DNA of 64,000 bases from contig NC_081331.1 of assembly GCF_022539665.2 (NCBI RefSeq), positions 10,168,001 to 10,232,000 of the forward strand. Reading direction: 5' to 3'. How positions within the stretch are numbered: position 1 is the stretch's first letter; each line of letters starts with the position of its first letter. The notes under the pieces are model-generated. The model worked only from the letters and a program-made list of their open reading frames with translations, did no database searches and was not told the origin of the DNA. This document shows positions 12,401 to 26,503 of the stretch, in pieces. The translations under genes were made by a program, and so were the position numbers. This stretch comes from Daphnia carinata (taxonomy: Eukaryota).

Positions 12401-14590
12401 GGTGTAACATGAGCTGCAATAGCAACAACAAAAAAATGAAAAGCGAACCAATTCGGCTGGTCAATTTGTACAGAGAATACAATGATGAGGTTGACCAATT
12501 GAACTTATTCTTTTTTTTTTTCAAAATCACTGGTGCAGAAAGCTTGACATTGACAAAACTTCCACAATATCGTTCTATTAACTTTCTACACCGGGGGTAG
12601 TGAGCGCAGTGTAGAACATAGATTCTAAAATGGCTACCTCCCTCCGAAAAAAAAGTGATGCGCTTCGAATTACAACCTGGTTGAAAGTAGGCGTGACCCA
12701 CTGTATCTTTCGGAGTAGCTTTCACTCCGCCACGGATGGCAGGTGCTTATTCGAAGGTAACTTTAAAAGAAAAAAACGAATAGAGCCACATCTTGTTGAG
12801 GGAGGTCGGCATGTCAAACCATCCCTTCGTTATGAATACTATAGAAAAAATTGACAACGACCCTGACGGCATCAGCCTGACATTTCGATCAAATTCAAAG
12901 AAAAAAAAGAAAGAATAAAAAAAAAAGAAAAGAAAAAACATCACGCGATAGTAATGGGACCCCTATGGCCCCGTTTCCATTATAGTAGAGCTAAAGATAT
13001 ACGAGCGGCAACGCCACGGACGTAGTAGATTCGAATAAACAGTTTGAAAGCCGCTGGAAGGGAATGAAAATGAATTGGAATCGTCAACGATGTGCAGTAA
13101 ATGGGTATATATATATGCAGCAGAAGCAGCCACCACTCCCCCCGGTTAGCATAGGAAGAAACGCAAGGCTATTATAAGGGCGACGAGAGACAAGCTCAGT
13201 CGGCATTCCGACTTTTCAACTTCTCCTGGTCCCGTTTCTCTTATAAAACAACACACAGAGAGCGACGTGGCACAAATGAAGAGGAATGGTCGAGAAAACC
13301 TGATTGGTCGGCAACGAGAGAAATTTTTCTCTCATAGAAAAAAAAAAACGACACAACTCTACGAGAAACAAAAAAAAAACGTCCATCGATTTTCTCGTTC
13401 TTTCTCAATGCCACGTCGTCTTTGTCTTGACGGTTGCCACATTCTCGCTGTCTTTGGCTGTTCCCCTCGTCCAAATGAATAGTTGTCGAGCAGGAAGAAA
13501 TGTATGATTACAAACATAAAACCACCCGTGTGTCTGTTTCAACCGTTTGTTTGACAAACGGTATACAAGTTTTTTTTTCTTTTCTTTATCTTTTTTTTTT
13601 CTTTTTCCCAGATAACTTCCAGTTCCACGCGCTCGAAGTTACCCATCGGTGTAAACAGGAAAGGGAGAAATAAAAAAAGTGGCACGCACATATCCTATAA
13701 GTATGACTATGTTGTAGCCATATTGATGTAATGACATGAATAAAGGGAAAATTGAAAAAAATAAAATAAAATAAATAAGGAAACGGAACCAATGCGAGAG
13801 TTTTCAATAAACAGAAGGTCGACGAGAGAGATTGTAAGCCCTTTGGCCTTCCAAAGTATTTTGTCTGCTATCACATCAAACACTGATCATGGGAAAGATA
13901 TCAACAAAGCAGCAGGAGGGGTGAGCCTCACATCTGCTGATGTAATCCGATCAAAGAAAAACTTTGAACCATAAAAGAAAAAAAAAAAAAAAGGAAACTC
14001 TTGCACGACAACAAACTACATCTACCCTGCCCTCGTTCGTCGACAAACTTGGCGCAAGAGCGTCAACAAGTTCACTCGTCCGAATAAACACTCGTGGAGG
14101 GTAGGAACCCCATTTTTTTTTCTCTCTTTCGTTCACGACCATTGAATCCAGTTTGGGGATGTTTCTTTTTTTTTCCCCTTCCCTTTCATGGCTCCCTCCG
14201 TTACAGATGGCGTGAAATCCTTCGCTCAAAGTTTCGAATGCAACAATACGGAGCAACACAAAATATCATTAGCGACGGTTCGCTTCCTGAATAATAATTA
14301 AAGGGATCAGATAAGGAACCTTTCGTGTGTCTGGTGGCAGGAATTTTCTTTCCACCACCTCCCGTCTTATATTTAAGAATACAATTTTTTTTTTTTGCTT
14401 TTCCTACGTCGTAACAATCAATGGCTTTAGCCCCGTAACCAATTCCAGGCGTGCGGCACATAACAACCACCTTTAAAGACCATCTGCACACACACACACA
14501 GGATGATCTAAACACCTTGGCGTAACCGCACGCATGGCATACCTGGGATTGCGTTACGAGGCGCCAATAACAACAAAAGACGCACTCAGC

Positions 14591-14623
14591 GTTATTAACG
14601 TTATAACAATGTAGTTATATAAC
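14591..14623. promoter_or_regulatory. Overlapping Dsx-binding site and bZIP (Vrille/NFIL3/PAR-type) site upstream of dsx1
   Basis: ATAACAATGTAGT at 14603-14615 (reverse ACTACATTGTTAT, DM consensus core ACA[A/T]TGT) overlaps the palindrome GTTATATAAC at 14614-14623 (close to RTTAYGTAAY). Further half-palindromes GTTATTAAC and GTTATAAC lie at 14591-14607. Same layout as the Drosophila yolk-protein fat-body enhancer. Confidence 0.7.
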
Positions 14624-17600
14624 GATTTCCCCCCTGCCGCGCCTCTTTTCTTTTTCCTTCTATTTCTCGCTTCAGTTTCATTAAACAAACGTCCTAGTTT
14701 ACGACCTCAGATTTCGTGACATCAATGAACCATTTGAGTTTTTTTTTTTATTGATATAACTCATTCAGACGATAGGGGAGAGAAGAAAAAAAAACGGGAG
14801 CTCATTGGATGTTTTCGAATAGAAAAGTTGACGAATTGAAAAAAAAAATAATGTTTTATTTCTCTGCCCCCCTATTGTGCAACAAAAGTGTTTCGGCCCA
14901 ACACTAATAAATAACACACAAGTTTACGCGTATTGAACACTATCCCCAATTCCATTACAGCCCGCCCTTCCCGCCTCTTCCCTTTTGAACTTGCCGGAGA
15001 AACAACGTCTACAAAATAAAATTCAAAAAAAAAGCTTCAATTCTCTCCCCCCTTGTTTGAATGAGAAAGAATTCATTATCAACAAGCTCAGACTAGTCGT
15101 TATCGCCACGGCGACTAAAGAACCTCCAAGGAAATAATCACCAACTAAATTATTTTTCCCCTCCCCACCAAAGTTTCTTTTTTTCCCGATGTCTTTCGAA
15201 CGAAAAAGTTTATTTTTGAAAAGAACAACGAAAAATACAAAAAAATACAAACGAAACCCGAGGCTTTCGGGAGAAAACAGACTCGGGTCGTCGCCATTTT
15301 TCTTTTTGTTTTCTCCCGTACGGAAAGATGAGATTTACCACGGAGAACGTGACGTAAGATCCCAATTCCAATCAAAATTCAACAATAATCTAATTACACT
15401 CACATTCGATTGGTCGCCACAGACGTGGTGGTGTCGTTTTCTATCCCAAAGTAATAGCGCATTTTCTATAAGCGTAGCCATGGCAGCCATGTTTCACCGT
15501 AGACTGTCGGGACTAAAGCCCCTACACACGAATTTCTTCACGCTGCCTAAGGGGTCCCTATAGCATCAAAAAGAATTGACTTGGCGAAAAGGGAGAAAAA
15601 AAAATACTAGTCGCATCAAACGCCATCTGTATATAGGCAACGACGTATAAAAACATCAAGGCCTAGGCCGACGCCATCTTGGTTGCAGCCTAGTAGTTTA
15701 CTAATTTACGATCCAAGGGACACCTTCAGGGACTTTTCCTCAATACAAAAATGATCATTTTTTTGTGTTTCAGACAAATTATAATGCATGTGATTAAACA
15801 CGGATGTGACAAAAATATGCATTATTATCCACAGGGCATAGAAACATCTGTTTCAACGTTTCTTTTTTTTTAACGCTATAAAGAGGTGGTACTGTTGCTA
15901 GGCAAAGTAATTTGCTAAACCCTCCCCTTCTATCGGGAAAAGAATCTCTTAGATTGCCATCACATGGGGATGTCAGGACTCTCTTGAATAATGTTTCAGC
16001 TTGATTGCCAGGGTGTCGTAAAGTTAGTTGTCGCCGTTTCCCGACTTTTTCCCATTTCTTTGTTCATCGCCTTTCTCATGTCTTGAGCAAAAAAAAAAAT
16101 ATAAAACAAAACGCCCGAAAAAAAGAGGGGTGGAAGACGTTGTTTCGTTAGATTCCCTCCCTTTGGCGACCATTTACTGAAATCTAAAAATAAATATATA
16201 GACACAGTGCAAAAAAAAAAAAAGGAAAAAAAAATACCCTATGATTTTCAAGTTATCGCATTTTGCCAATTTTCTACACGCCTTTCCTTTTGGCAATGGA
16301 CTCGATATGACGTAATAAGTGTTGATGGTTGAAAGACTACGTTTCGTAAATGTAAGAAACGTACACTTTTTGGCAAACCATGTCCCCCGCCGTAAAAAAT
16401 TACGATAAAAGCAATGGAAAAGAATCGCTTTCGTAGAGTGGCTTGATAAAAGCGTAATAAATGTCGAAGAATATTTATATACGTAAAGCTTTGGCAGGTG
16501 AATTTTCACTCGAGTTTCGAAATCAGTAATGTGATTGAGCCAAAAAAAAAGGGGGATTTAAGTAGACAACAAAATGTTCGTGCTTTGTATGTTTTTAGCA
16601 AAAAAAAAAACGTTAGCATGAAATTTGTGAAGGTAAATTGAATTCCAGTTTGGGTTTTTTTCTAAGAAAGATTTGCATGTTTCACGACGCAAAAAGACAC
16701 CGCATTTCTTTTGTTTTTGACATTGTTATTGGAGCTCTTGTTCATGGTAACGAGCCTCAAAACGGATGAAATAAAGAGAAAAATGGCAATAAAAAGTCAA
16801 CTGATGCCAATTTACCATAAAGCCAAACGAAACGTCGTTTGAGACACGGACTAGTTTAAAGGCAAAACTTGATACAGTTGGGCAGCCGTCGGCAAGCAAA
16901 GCTACGAGATTTAAGCCAATACGCGAAAATCAGAATAAAAATGTGTTGACTTACATTTCGGTGTGAAACGACGTTCATTCAATTGGTCAACGTCATTTTT
17001 GCATAGCGACAGGATTGATTTTCGGTTGTTGAACACGCGTACACACACAGATTTCGGGTGGCTCACTGGGCGGCCATTTTGGACGCCGCAAGGAATGGGT
17101 GTAAACAGCAACCGTTGGCGAGAGCTATTCACCTAAAAAAGTTGGGTAGAAAAAGCTGTGAAAAACTTTTGAAGCAGTTTTCCTCCTTCACATTGATCAC
17201 TCGACGCTATAAAAACCATTTGTCATATACGTGTTGTTGCTGTATCCCTTTTTATCGGCCATTAAATTGATAAAACTGAAGCTTATGGCTCTTTCCATAA
17301 AACAAAACAACAAAAAAAACGCAAGAAAATGAATACTTCAGCCCTGTCAGTTGCTGTTTAGTATTCATGGCCCTGTGAAAAACAACTGAGAAACGGGACA
17401 AATGACTGCCGATTAGGCTGTTTAATAGTTTGAGTAACACAAGATGATGCTAATACGTTTCACCTTAGAGTATACAAATTTTTTTTTCGAAAAACCTGAC
17501 ACAGCCGTGAATGTTTGCACGTGTTGCCGACAAACTCTCGCTTTGAACTTGCGACCCACACACACACATCGTAAACAGCAAGAATGTGAGAGACACTTGT

Positions 17601-20600
17601 CAATTTGCTAGTTTATTAATCACAGAGTACATCTTGCGGCCAAATGATTGGTATTCAATGCTACAAAACTCGGCGGCATTCTTTCCCTTTTTTCAATAAT
17701 TATCGACTGCTGTATGCGATCGTGATGTGCCCTTTAAGCAACAGCCGGTTTTGTTCAAGTGCCACATTTTCCCAGATAATCTCCCGTGTTATCGTGTCTC
17801 TATGCCGTTCACGTGTACGCCATTATCTAAATAACGCGCGCAAAAAGAAAAACGAAAAAACTTTGGGTGAAATCGTATTTTCCTCGCCTTTCACAGGTTT
17901 CCGTCGTGACGCTAGTTGTAACACCTTTCCCGTGTAGGCAAGTGGAAAAGATTCCACGTCTAGAAACTTTCAGTGGTTATACCTGGCCATAGATACATAA
18001 GCCCTTTGAGCTGGGAACGAAAACTTGCACATTTCGAAATGGCCGGGAATTTGTAACATTTTTTTTTTTGCCCCATTCTTTTTCTTTCATCGTGCAATTT
18101 TGACGATGTGCAAAAGTTACGACAAATCCGTGAGTCTGCGTGTACTTCACTTTGGGGAAAGCTATCTCAAGAATTTCCTTACATTTATGCTTGCCTATAC
18201 CCAAACAGAAGTTAGACAAGGTATATTTATATCTGCTAAAAATTCTCCACATATGTTTGGCGAATGTAACTCACGTCAGCATTCCCCCTCCTTCTCGCAC
18301 AGTGATTTACGGCCATTCAAAAAAAAAAAAAGGCCATCGTTGGCTTATATACACGGGAGAGAGAGAATGGCTTTTCTGTTGCTATTTGGGTTGTTTCAAT
18401 CCCGGAGAGACCAGATGATAATTATCTTCCAAGAATCGGTGAGTACATCGGAAGTGTATGCAAATCAACTTTCTAAAAAAAAAAAAAAAAAAAGGTAATT
18501 CGATCCATACTTTTCAATATCAAAATTAAACATGTTTCTCTTCAAAAGAGGAAAAATAAAATGGAGTCATAATGTTGTATGGGACTCGGTTACAGTCTAT
18601 AAAAGATGTTATGGAAATAACCAATATTTGGCACGTCTACATCCTTGAAGAACAACCAAATGACTCTAGTGAAAAGCCGTAAAGGTATATATCATTTGAA
18701 AAAAAAATTGTGGCTGTGTGTTCATCTCGTTCAGTGGAGCAGATGAATTACTGTGGATCACTGCAAGTAGCTCGCGCACATACGAAACTTCTTTGATTGT
18801 AGCAATAGCAAACAGTCCCACAGACACCGAGAGGCGAACATAATGAGATTGTTTAAAGAGCGATGCTTATTATGCAGGAGCAAATAATGGCCTAACAATT
18901 TCTTTTGTCAAGAAAACCACAGGAAAAACAAAGACGTGGGGGCAATCAAAAAAGCAACGGTTTTGGGATACAATGCGGAAAAAGAATGCCACGGGTTCCA
19001 TCAACGTATGTTGGCGGATTTGAGGATTTCATGTTGCTATGCAAACAAAATAACATATGGAAAAAAAAATAAAGAAAAAATGACGGAACCAGTCCGGAAC
19101 CAAACGAAATAACACGTCAAAGCTCAAAAAGAAAATTTCTAAACAAAAATTAAATGGCTCTGAAATCGTGGCGAATTATGCAACTTCATGGTCTGTCATT
19201 TACATGATTATCGCAGTGAATTTTCCTAGCCATTTTCGCCTATAAGCCACACAGAGATTTTAGCATTTAATTCCATCAAGTCACACCGTGAAACATTGAC
19301 TAGCTTTTGCGTTTAATCCTTTTGATGGACGTCGTCTTTCGTTGGGTTTTGGATCCGCACGAACACCCTAGGCGCGTGTAAATGAACTCATCAGAAAGAC
19401 TTTGCGCAACTCTCGCAATCGTTATAAACCCAACCCAGGAAGCCAAACAGAAAACAGGTACATTGGCAAAATAAGAAAAAAAAACAATTTCATAAATTGC
19501 GCAAATGGATTGAAACTTGATTCATCTCATTTCCTCGGGCGTCGCAAAATCGGAGGAGTTGCAGGTAGCGGAGATTGAATCTTACGGCGCAACCCGATAG
19601 TCTCTTTGTTTCCTGCCATGAGCATCGGAAACTGAAGATGAACCTGCCAACCGAATGCGTCACTCGATACTATGTGTTCACTTCAAGGTGAAACTCTTGT
19701 TTCTATACAATTCATGACGTCTAAGAGAGACACGTAACAAGTGCTCACACGAGCATAATCGAACAGTTTCGTATACCTATAAAGAAAAAAATGATGAAAG
19801 CGTTCACCATTCAAACGAAACCAACTAACACATGCACAGCCCATTTAACACGGCTGTGGGGGTTTTTAGCAAAATGATTTCCTTTTTCGTTACCTCGATT
19901 CACGCCGACTTCCTCAATGCTAAAAAACTTCCATTTTTTCGATTTTGCGCTGCACGCAAAGCGATAATCTGATCAGCCCCCCATCACTCTCTCTCTCTAT
20001 ATAACATATAGACAGAAAAGGAAACAAAAAGACGAATGTTTCTCGAAAATAAAGGGAGGGAAATATGACAGGCAACATCGGTCAATAAATTACGATGTAT
20101 TTGCCTTTTTTTTATATATATTTCTTAGATAGTAGAGAGATACATTTTCTTCATAAAAACTGCTGACGCCAGCGGGGACAGCCGTGTGCAATAACTAATT
20201 CATGTTGATATTGTCTATCTTTCGGGTGAGGGTATTCATTCTTTTTCTTTGTTCTGATGACAGCAACTCGAAGGAGAATTCAGGATCATGAAGGAAGAAA
20301 ATAAAAATAAAGAGAACCTTGTGGAAGTCGGACTCTTTTTTTTTTTTGAGGGATCTTACCGACCGGTTCCGCAACGAAAGGCGCATAACAGCAATGAATT
20401 CAGAGCCGTCGATAAGATCCTATATTCGTCTTTACGAAGGCCAACGAATTGGCATGCATCCAAAATCCCGGGGATTGCGAATACATATAAAATAATAATA
20501 ATCATAAAAAAAAGGCGAAAAATGGAAGGTGATTTCACGCTAGTCTCCTGTCTGTCCCCGATAAAATTTAGATGCCTTGATTAACAACTATTCCCTAAAA

Positions 20601-23600
20601 ATAAAATCCTAAAAGAAAACAGGATATTCGTCAGGTTTGTGCTGATGAGTGACAGTCATGATAATTAACAATGAGAAGCGTAGCACGTCTAGACACTGAC
20701 CATATGGAAATCATTAGTAATGTATAAAAGCGGCAAAATCTTGATGCATTTAAAGAAAAAATATCACAAAAAAAAAACCATTTGACTCTGTCAAACTTAT
20801 TTGTACCGCTCGGGGCAAACCATGAAAATAAAATTCAAATAAAATTAAAAAAAAAAAAATATGGCGTGGTGCTGTTGCAAATTGATGACGCGGGTTATTG
20901 TTGAAAAATGCTACCAAAAACAATTCGAGAAATTGCATACAAAACAGGAATGTTTCCAGATAGTCTCGTACCGACCGTAAAAAGAAAACAAATTTCTATT
21001 TCTCCTACGTCTTATCCTGAAAGGAATATAAAATCGTCTCTTAAGCTTTTCTTTTTTTCTTTTCTCAGCCCAAGTCAAAGGTTCCACAAGCCGCTGCGAG
21101 GACACAACTGGTTTGTCAGTTGACTCAATGTCTGTCACGGTCTAAAAACGTCCAAAAAGGAGGGGAGAAAACGTACGAGATGCTTATCAACGACGAGTCA
21201 AACTCTGATTGGATGCAAGGTTCAAAAAGGAAAAAAATAAAAAACAAAATGCATGACTATGTTAGACATTATTTCTGCAACCAATCGATCGTATTGGGTC
21301 GACAACTGCGGACTGCTAACCAGATAAGATGGAGCCCCTTATCACCGGTCGGCAGAAGCGTCAACCAAAGACATTTCATACAAAGGACAATGTAAAAATG
21401 GGGGGAAAAAACGGGCATCACGCTATATTCCATGCCATAAACGTCGGGAAAAGAAGAAAAAGATGTCGATTTTTCGATAGCGAACGGGAGGGTATTGGGA
21501 TGCCACTTGACCCAACAAAGGATTGATATCATCAATTGAAAAGGAGAAAAAAAAAAAACAGGACCAAGTGGTTGGACGCGTTAAAACAATACAAGACCGA
21601 CGAATCGCTTTTTATTGATCTTACAAAAAAAAAAAAGAAGAAAAAATCCACGATCGATTTCAATCTAATACTAACTGTTTGAATCCATGTTATTCTATCC
21701 CGATAATAAAATTGTAATGTCCAACACCAATAAAGGCCATATAAAACATACAAATAAAAAACGAAAAAAAAATGCTAGTTCCAAGATTTCGAGAAACGAC
21801 GTGGTCCGTGGTAACGTTGGATACAACGGACCTTGAAAAGAAAAAGAAGCCGAGGGTCTCCTCCTCAAAAACGGCAAAATTTCGTCATTGGTTCTTAGGG
21901 CGACCAATGGGTAAAATTTCGCATGGGTGGGTGTCCCGTTCACGGCAGATTCCCTGCCCCTTTCCTCGCCACCCCTTTTCTCCCGCACGACACGTGGAGT
22001 GGCGGAAGTAGGAATTGCAGTCACGCACAGTACACACATGAAGAGAACCGGTACATGTCGACTTTCCAGTAGCAACAAAATGCGGCCAATCCGATTCTAT
22101 TCCGTCACCTTTTGTAACTTCACACTGAATCAACCAATTGCGAGTTGGATTCCTTTCATACCCTCAATTATTACTGTGTATGCATACACACACACAAAAC
22201 CCCCTTCCATTTTTCCCCGAAAAAAAAAAATTAAAAAATGGGAACACAGTCGACGATTTGGCTAAACAGTTAGCGACTAGCAAATTACTAACTGCTGAGG
22301 AGGGGGGCGTCAGCTACGAGGCAGAGTACTTATTTGAATTTGGCGACGACTATTGTGATGTGTGTTTCTTTTTAGCATCAAAATCAAATTGGGGCTCGTT
22401 TTCCAAATGCCTCAAAGGCAATTACGATGTGACTGTCGGCGTGTTTCACCGGCAAAACTGCTGCCAGTCATCCAAATAATATCGCAGTCGACTCATCTCA
22501 ATGGAGGACATGATTCCCAGGCTTTCTTTTGCGCAATTTCCGGACGACGAAAAAAAACTTTTATGTATAGTTCATTTGTAAACCGACTCACGAAAGGGAG
22601 TGGGGGAAAAAAGACTTGATTTTTTTAATGAAAAGCTAGTCCCCTTTTATTCAAACAATTTGCATCAAAACGCGTTTCAATCAACCAGATTCTTGTTCTT
22701 TTTTTTTTTTTCAAAGAGATTAATGCTTTTTTTTGAATCTGTGATTCAGATCAAAACAGTTTGCTAATTGCCTTTCTGTTCCTTTTAAGCTAGAAGGTCG
22801 CAAAAAAAAAGCAATCAATATCCGTTTTCAGTAATTGGGGGTATGGATTAAACACTTAAAAGGCAGACTAGAAAAAACACAGCCTTAACTCCTACGAACG
22901 AAAATAAATAAATACACGAACAAAAAGAAAAAGCCTTGGGAGGCTCAATCTCAATGACCACATCCTTTCGTGTTGGATATCAGAAAGAAGTTGGGCGCAT
23001 CAACAAATTCACCCGGCCATTAACAACAAACTTGCCATTTCCTATTGAAAACGTTTTTCGTTTTTTTTTTTTACATTCAGCCTTTCCTCCCGAAAATGCC
23101 GTGTTCTTCTGCACAGAGAGCTTTCCATATATTAAGAAATTCGCTGTCTCGCTTGAGGCACTTTCTCAGGACACGACTATCCCACAACGATAGAAACAGA
23201 AAAAAAAAATGCAAAAAAGATGGTGAGGCTGTTATTTCGTGGTTTCGAGACGATGAGAACCTCCTCTTCATGAGCTAAAAGTGGCGTAAAATTTCCTCTT
23301 CCCGATAGAAAATAATCGATGGCCTTGGTTGCTAGGTCGTCGAGAGCACCACCGAGAGCTCACTACCCATGAGCGATCACGATCATTTAACTATTCAAAC
23401 ACCATATAACACAATTGCATAATAAGACAAGAAAAAATAGTATCGAGCTATAAATCCTTGTGTATCCCCCCCCAACAGTGTAACGACCATGTTCATTCCC
23501 CCCTTTAGTCAGCGCATAAAATCGATATGTATGTATAAAAAAACATACTTGTGTCATTACTTTCTCAAAGATTCTTTTTTTTTCGCCCATCACGTTGGAT

Positions 23601-26503
23601 GTACTCTACTAGATACGAGGATAGTTAGCCCGGTTATTACGAGACTAAACGCAATAATCTCTTTTTTTTGCGGCGATACAAGAAAAGTCCCTGGGCAATC
23701 AAAGAGCAATCGTTTTCCCGGAAACTTTTTTTTATACAAAAAAAAAAAAGCTACATGAATAAGTAATAAGTTTTTTTTTTTTTACTCTTGCAAGGGGCGA
23801 TCATTGAATCAACAAACACTCTCGAGCAAAGTGTATTAAGCTTACTATATGTATAGCTCAATGACTGTACAAACAAAAGTGGAGGGAGCGTATCTTCTTA
23901 CAAGACGCCAATATAAAGTAGAAGTTTACCATACAAACAAGTGTGCCATAATTCCTTAATAACGTTCTCGGATAACTGGCCCCCAACGCAAATAAAGAGT
24001 TAAGACTACTCCAATTCCGACGGGCGAAATTTATTGTGTAAACCACGTGTCAAAGTAATTGGAATCTTTTGAGTGAAACGAAGTTTCAAAAGAATTTTTC
24101 ACAAGGCACTAAAACGCTAACGTCTTTTTCCCAAAAAAAGAAAAAAAGAATGTTAATCATTTCGTGTCAATACATTTTGAGAAGCCGATACATAAAAGCA
24201 ACACAAAATGTAGGTAGGGGTAACACGAGCTGCCCTACCACATCCTCGACGACCCAAAGAGAATCAAAATTTCCAGGGAGAAAAAAACAAAAATCTCCTA
24301 GCCAACGCCATCTCTATATAGAAACTCTAAGGTTTCCCTACATTCCTATCGGTGAAACCCTTTCTTTCCAAATTCTCTATGGCCTCTATGATGGCAACAG
24401 TGGAATTATTTTTAAGCACAGTATATAGGGAACCACTAAAAGCAAACAAAATTAAAAAAGAATCCACTGGGACATTTTCTCAAGTCGAAAGTTTTGCGCT
24501 AGCCCCAAACCCAATTGGTAGGCGTCGCACTTGACATGCGTTCCTTTATTACTGGGGTCGTGTCGTTAAAAACACATTTCAAACCGAGCGAGCACTCTTT
24601 TTATTCAACCCTGTCAAACTTGTTGCTACGCGAAGGGGGCAAATTTATTGGACTCTGGCCCAATCCGACGGGGGCAAGAGGAAGAAGAAAAAAAACAAAA
24701 TAGAAGTAAAAACTCAGATCGCCATTGGACACAAGACACTTTTGTTGGTCTCTCGTTCTGCTCCGCTTAATTGCTTGCCAGTCATAAAGTTGACGCGCAT
24801 TTTTTTATATATTTTATTTTGTTTTGTTTTTAAACAGCTGAAAACTTTCATAACCCAATCGTGCTTTTCCTTTCGTCTCCGACACCAATTTTTTTTGAGG
24901 AAAAGCAAAAAAATAAATCGCTTATTTCAAATTCCCCACCCCAACAAAACATTTTTTACTGGTGCGGCTGCCGTAAAAAATAAAATAACACATTGGGCAA
25001 TACAAAACTGGTCGTGCCGCCATTGTGCAAAAAAAAAAAAGTTAAGCATGAAGACATTTTCCAATGAATTGGTAATAAGGTTTGGTCTGACCCCACGGGT
25101 GAGAGGTTCACACGTTACAAGCCTGAGGGTGTCGAAAGTTATGGCCGTTTGCAGAAACACGCCTTTTGTAATCCCAAGTCAAGAGGCTATGAACTATGAT
25201 GGCCGCAAAAATCGTGTTTGCAAATCAATGTGATCAATATTGATGGGATTTTAAAAGTCTCGTGATTTTTTTTTTAGTAAGGCGCCCTGTCAAGTCTTTG
25301 AAGTCCTCCCAAAAAGATCGTCTGCTAAAATGAAATGGGAAAAAAAAACAAGACGCGCCAAACCTATTTTCACGAACGACAAGGAAAAGGAGGCAAAGAC
25401 TCCCAAGTTGAAATCAACTAGTGGTGTAACATTTTATATCAAGGACTATGTGATGAGCATGACGTGAGTTTTTTGCTTATGCAAATGAGCACGTGAAAAA
25501 CGGTTATTTATTCCACGCAGACAAATATGGTTAGAATGCTTTATTGCCTTTGACTGTTGTGTTTTATAATGGTGAGAATGTCGGGACATTTTGGCCAAGA
25601 AAAAGAAGAAAAGGTTTCAAGCACAAAGAATCTATTCACAGCATGTGAAAGAGGAAACGTGACCAGATCGCAAAAAATCTAATCAAGGTTGCAGAGAAAA
25701 CCATTTATGAATTTTTGCAGCACAAACGAATCGTACGTGTCGAGTGAGATGCTTCAGAACATCTTAATCTTACTTACAACACGAATAAGGATAAATAGGG
25801 AATATCAAGGTTGCAAACTTACCAATAGTTGGGGGTGCTGTTGATGATCAAAGATCACTTTCGATTGATGATAAGATAGCCTTTTGGTGAAACCAGCTTC
25901 AATGTTTACCACAAGTTTCTTTTTACTTTCTGGGTGCCGCCATATTAGGACCCCAATGAACCAATAGTACAAGGTTGCCATATGAAATGATCACATTTAC
26001 GGTGAAATATTTCTGTCTGTTCTTGGAAGCTGTTTGTTGTTTAATTTCTGTTACGACAGCAGTTGTAACTTCTTCATGTTATCATTACTTGCAATCAATA
26101 CTACGCATAAGCTGATGGGTTGGGTTTTTTAATGAATGAGCAAAATTCCCAGGAATTACGTCAAGATGCTTCATATTAGCAACAAACAGGTCATAAATTA
26201 ACAAGAATTTCAAAGAACTGTATACGATGTTCATCAATAATGATAGCCATTTAAGAGACGTTACGCAATAGTTGTTTAAATTTGCCTTTTATTTGCCCTT
26301 TGGTCCTTGGACCATTTGCTAGTTGATTTTTCGTTTTGCGTTTTAGAAAAGCAAAGGCAATGGTGGTGTACCAGTTTTTTTCGTTAAAAACACGAATTTA
26401 CGCCATCTAGTAGTTCTTTTTTGATTTGCATTGCAATCATGAAGATTCGTCTGCTACGGTTTAAAACTTTTGTAGGACTCATGTGGTTATTATTGACGTC
26501 AAA

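Noticed and set aside
9500..26400. Dozens of 60-160 aa ORFs upstream of dsx1
   Set aside because: Driven by homopolymers and microsatellites, with no consistent exon chain or recognisable motifs.
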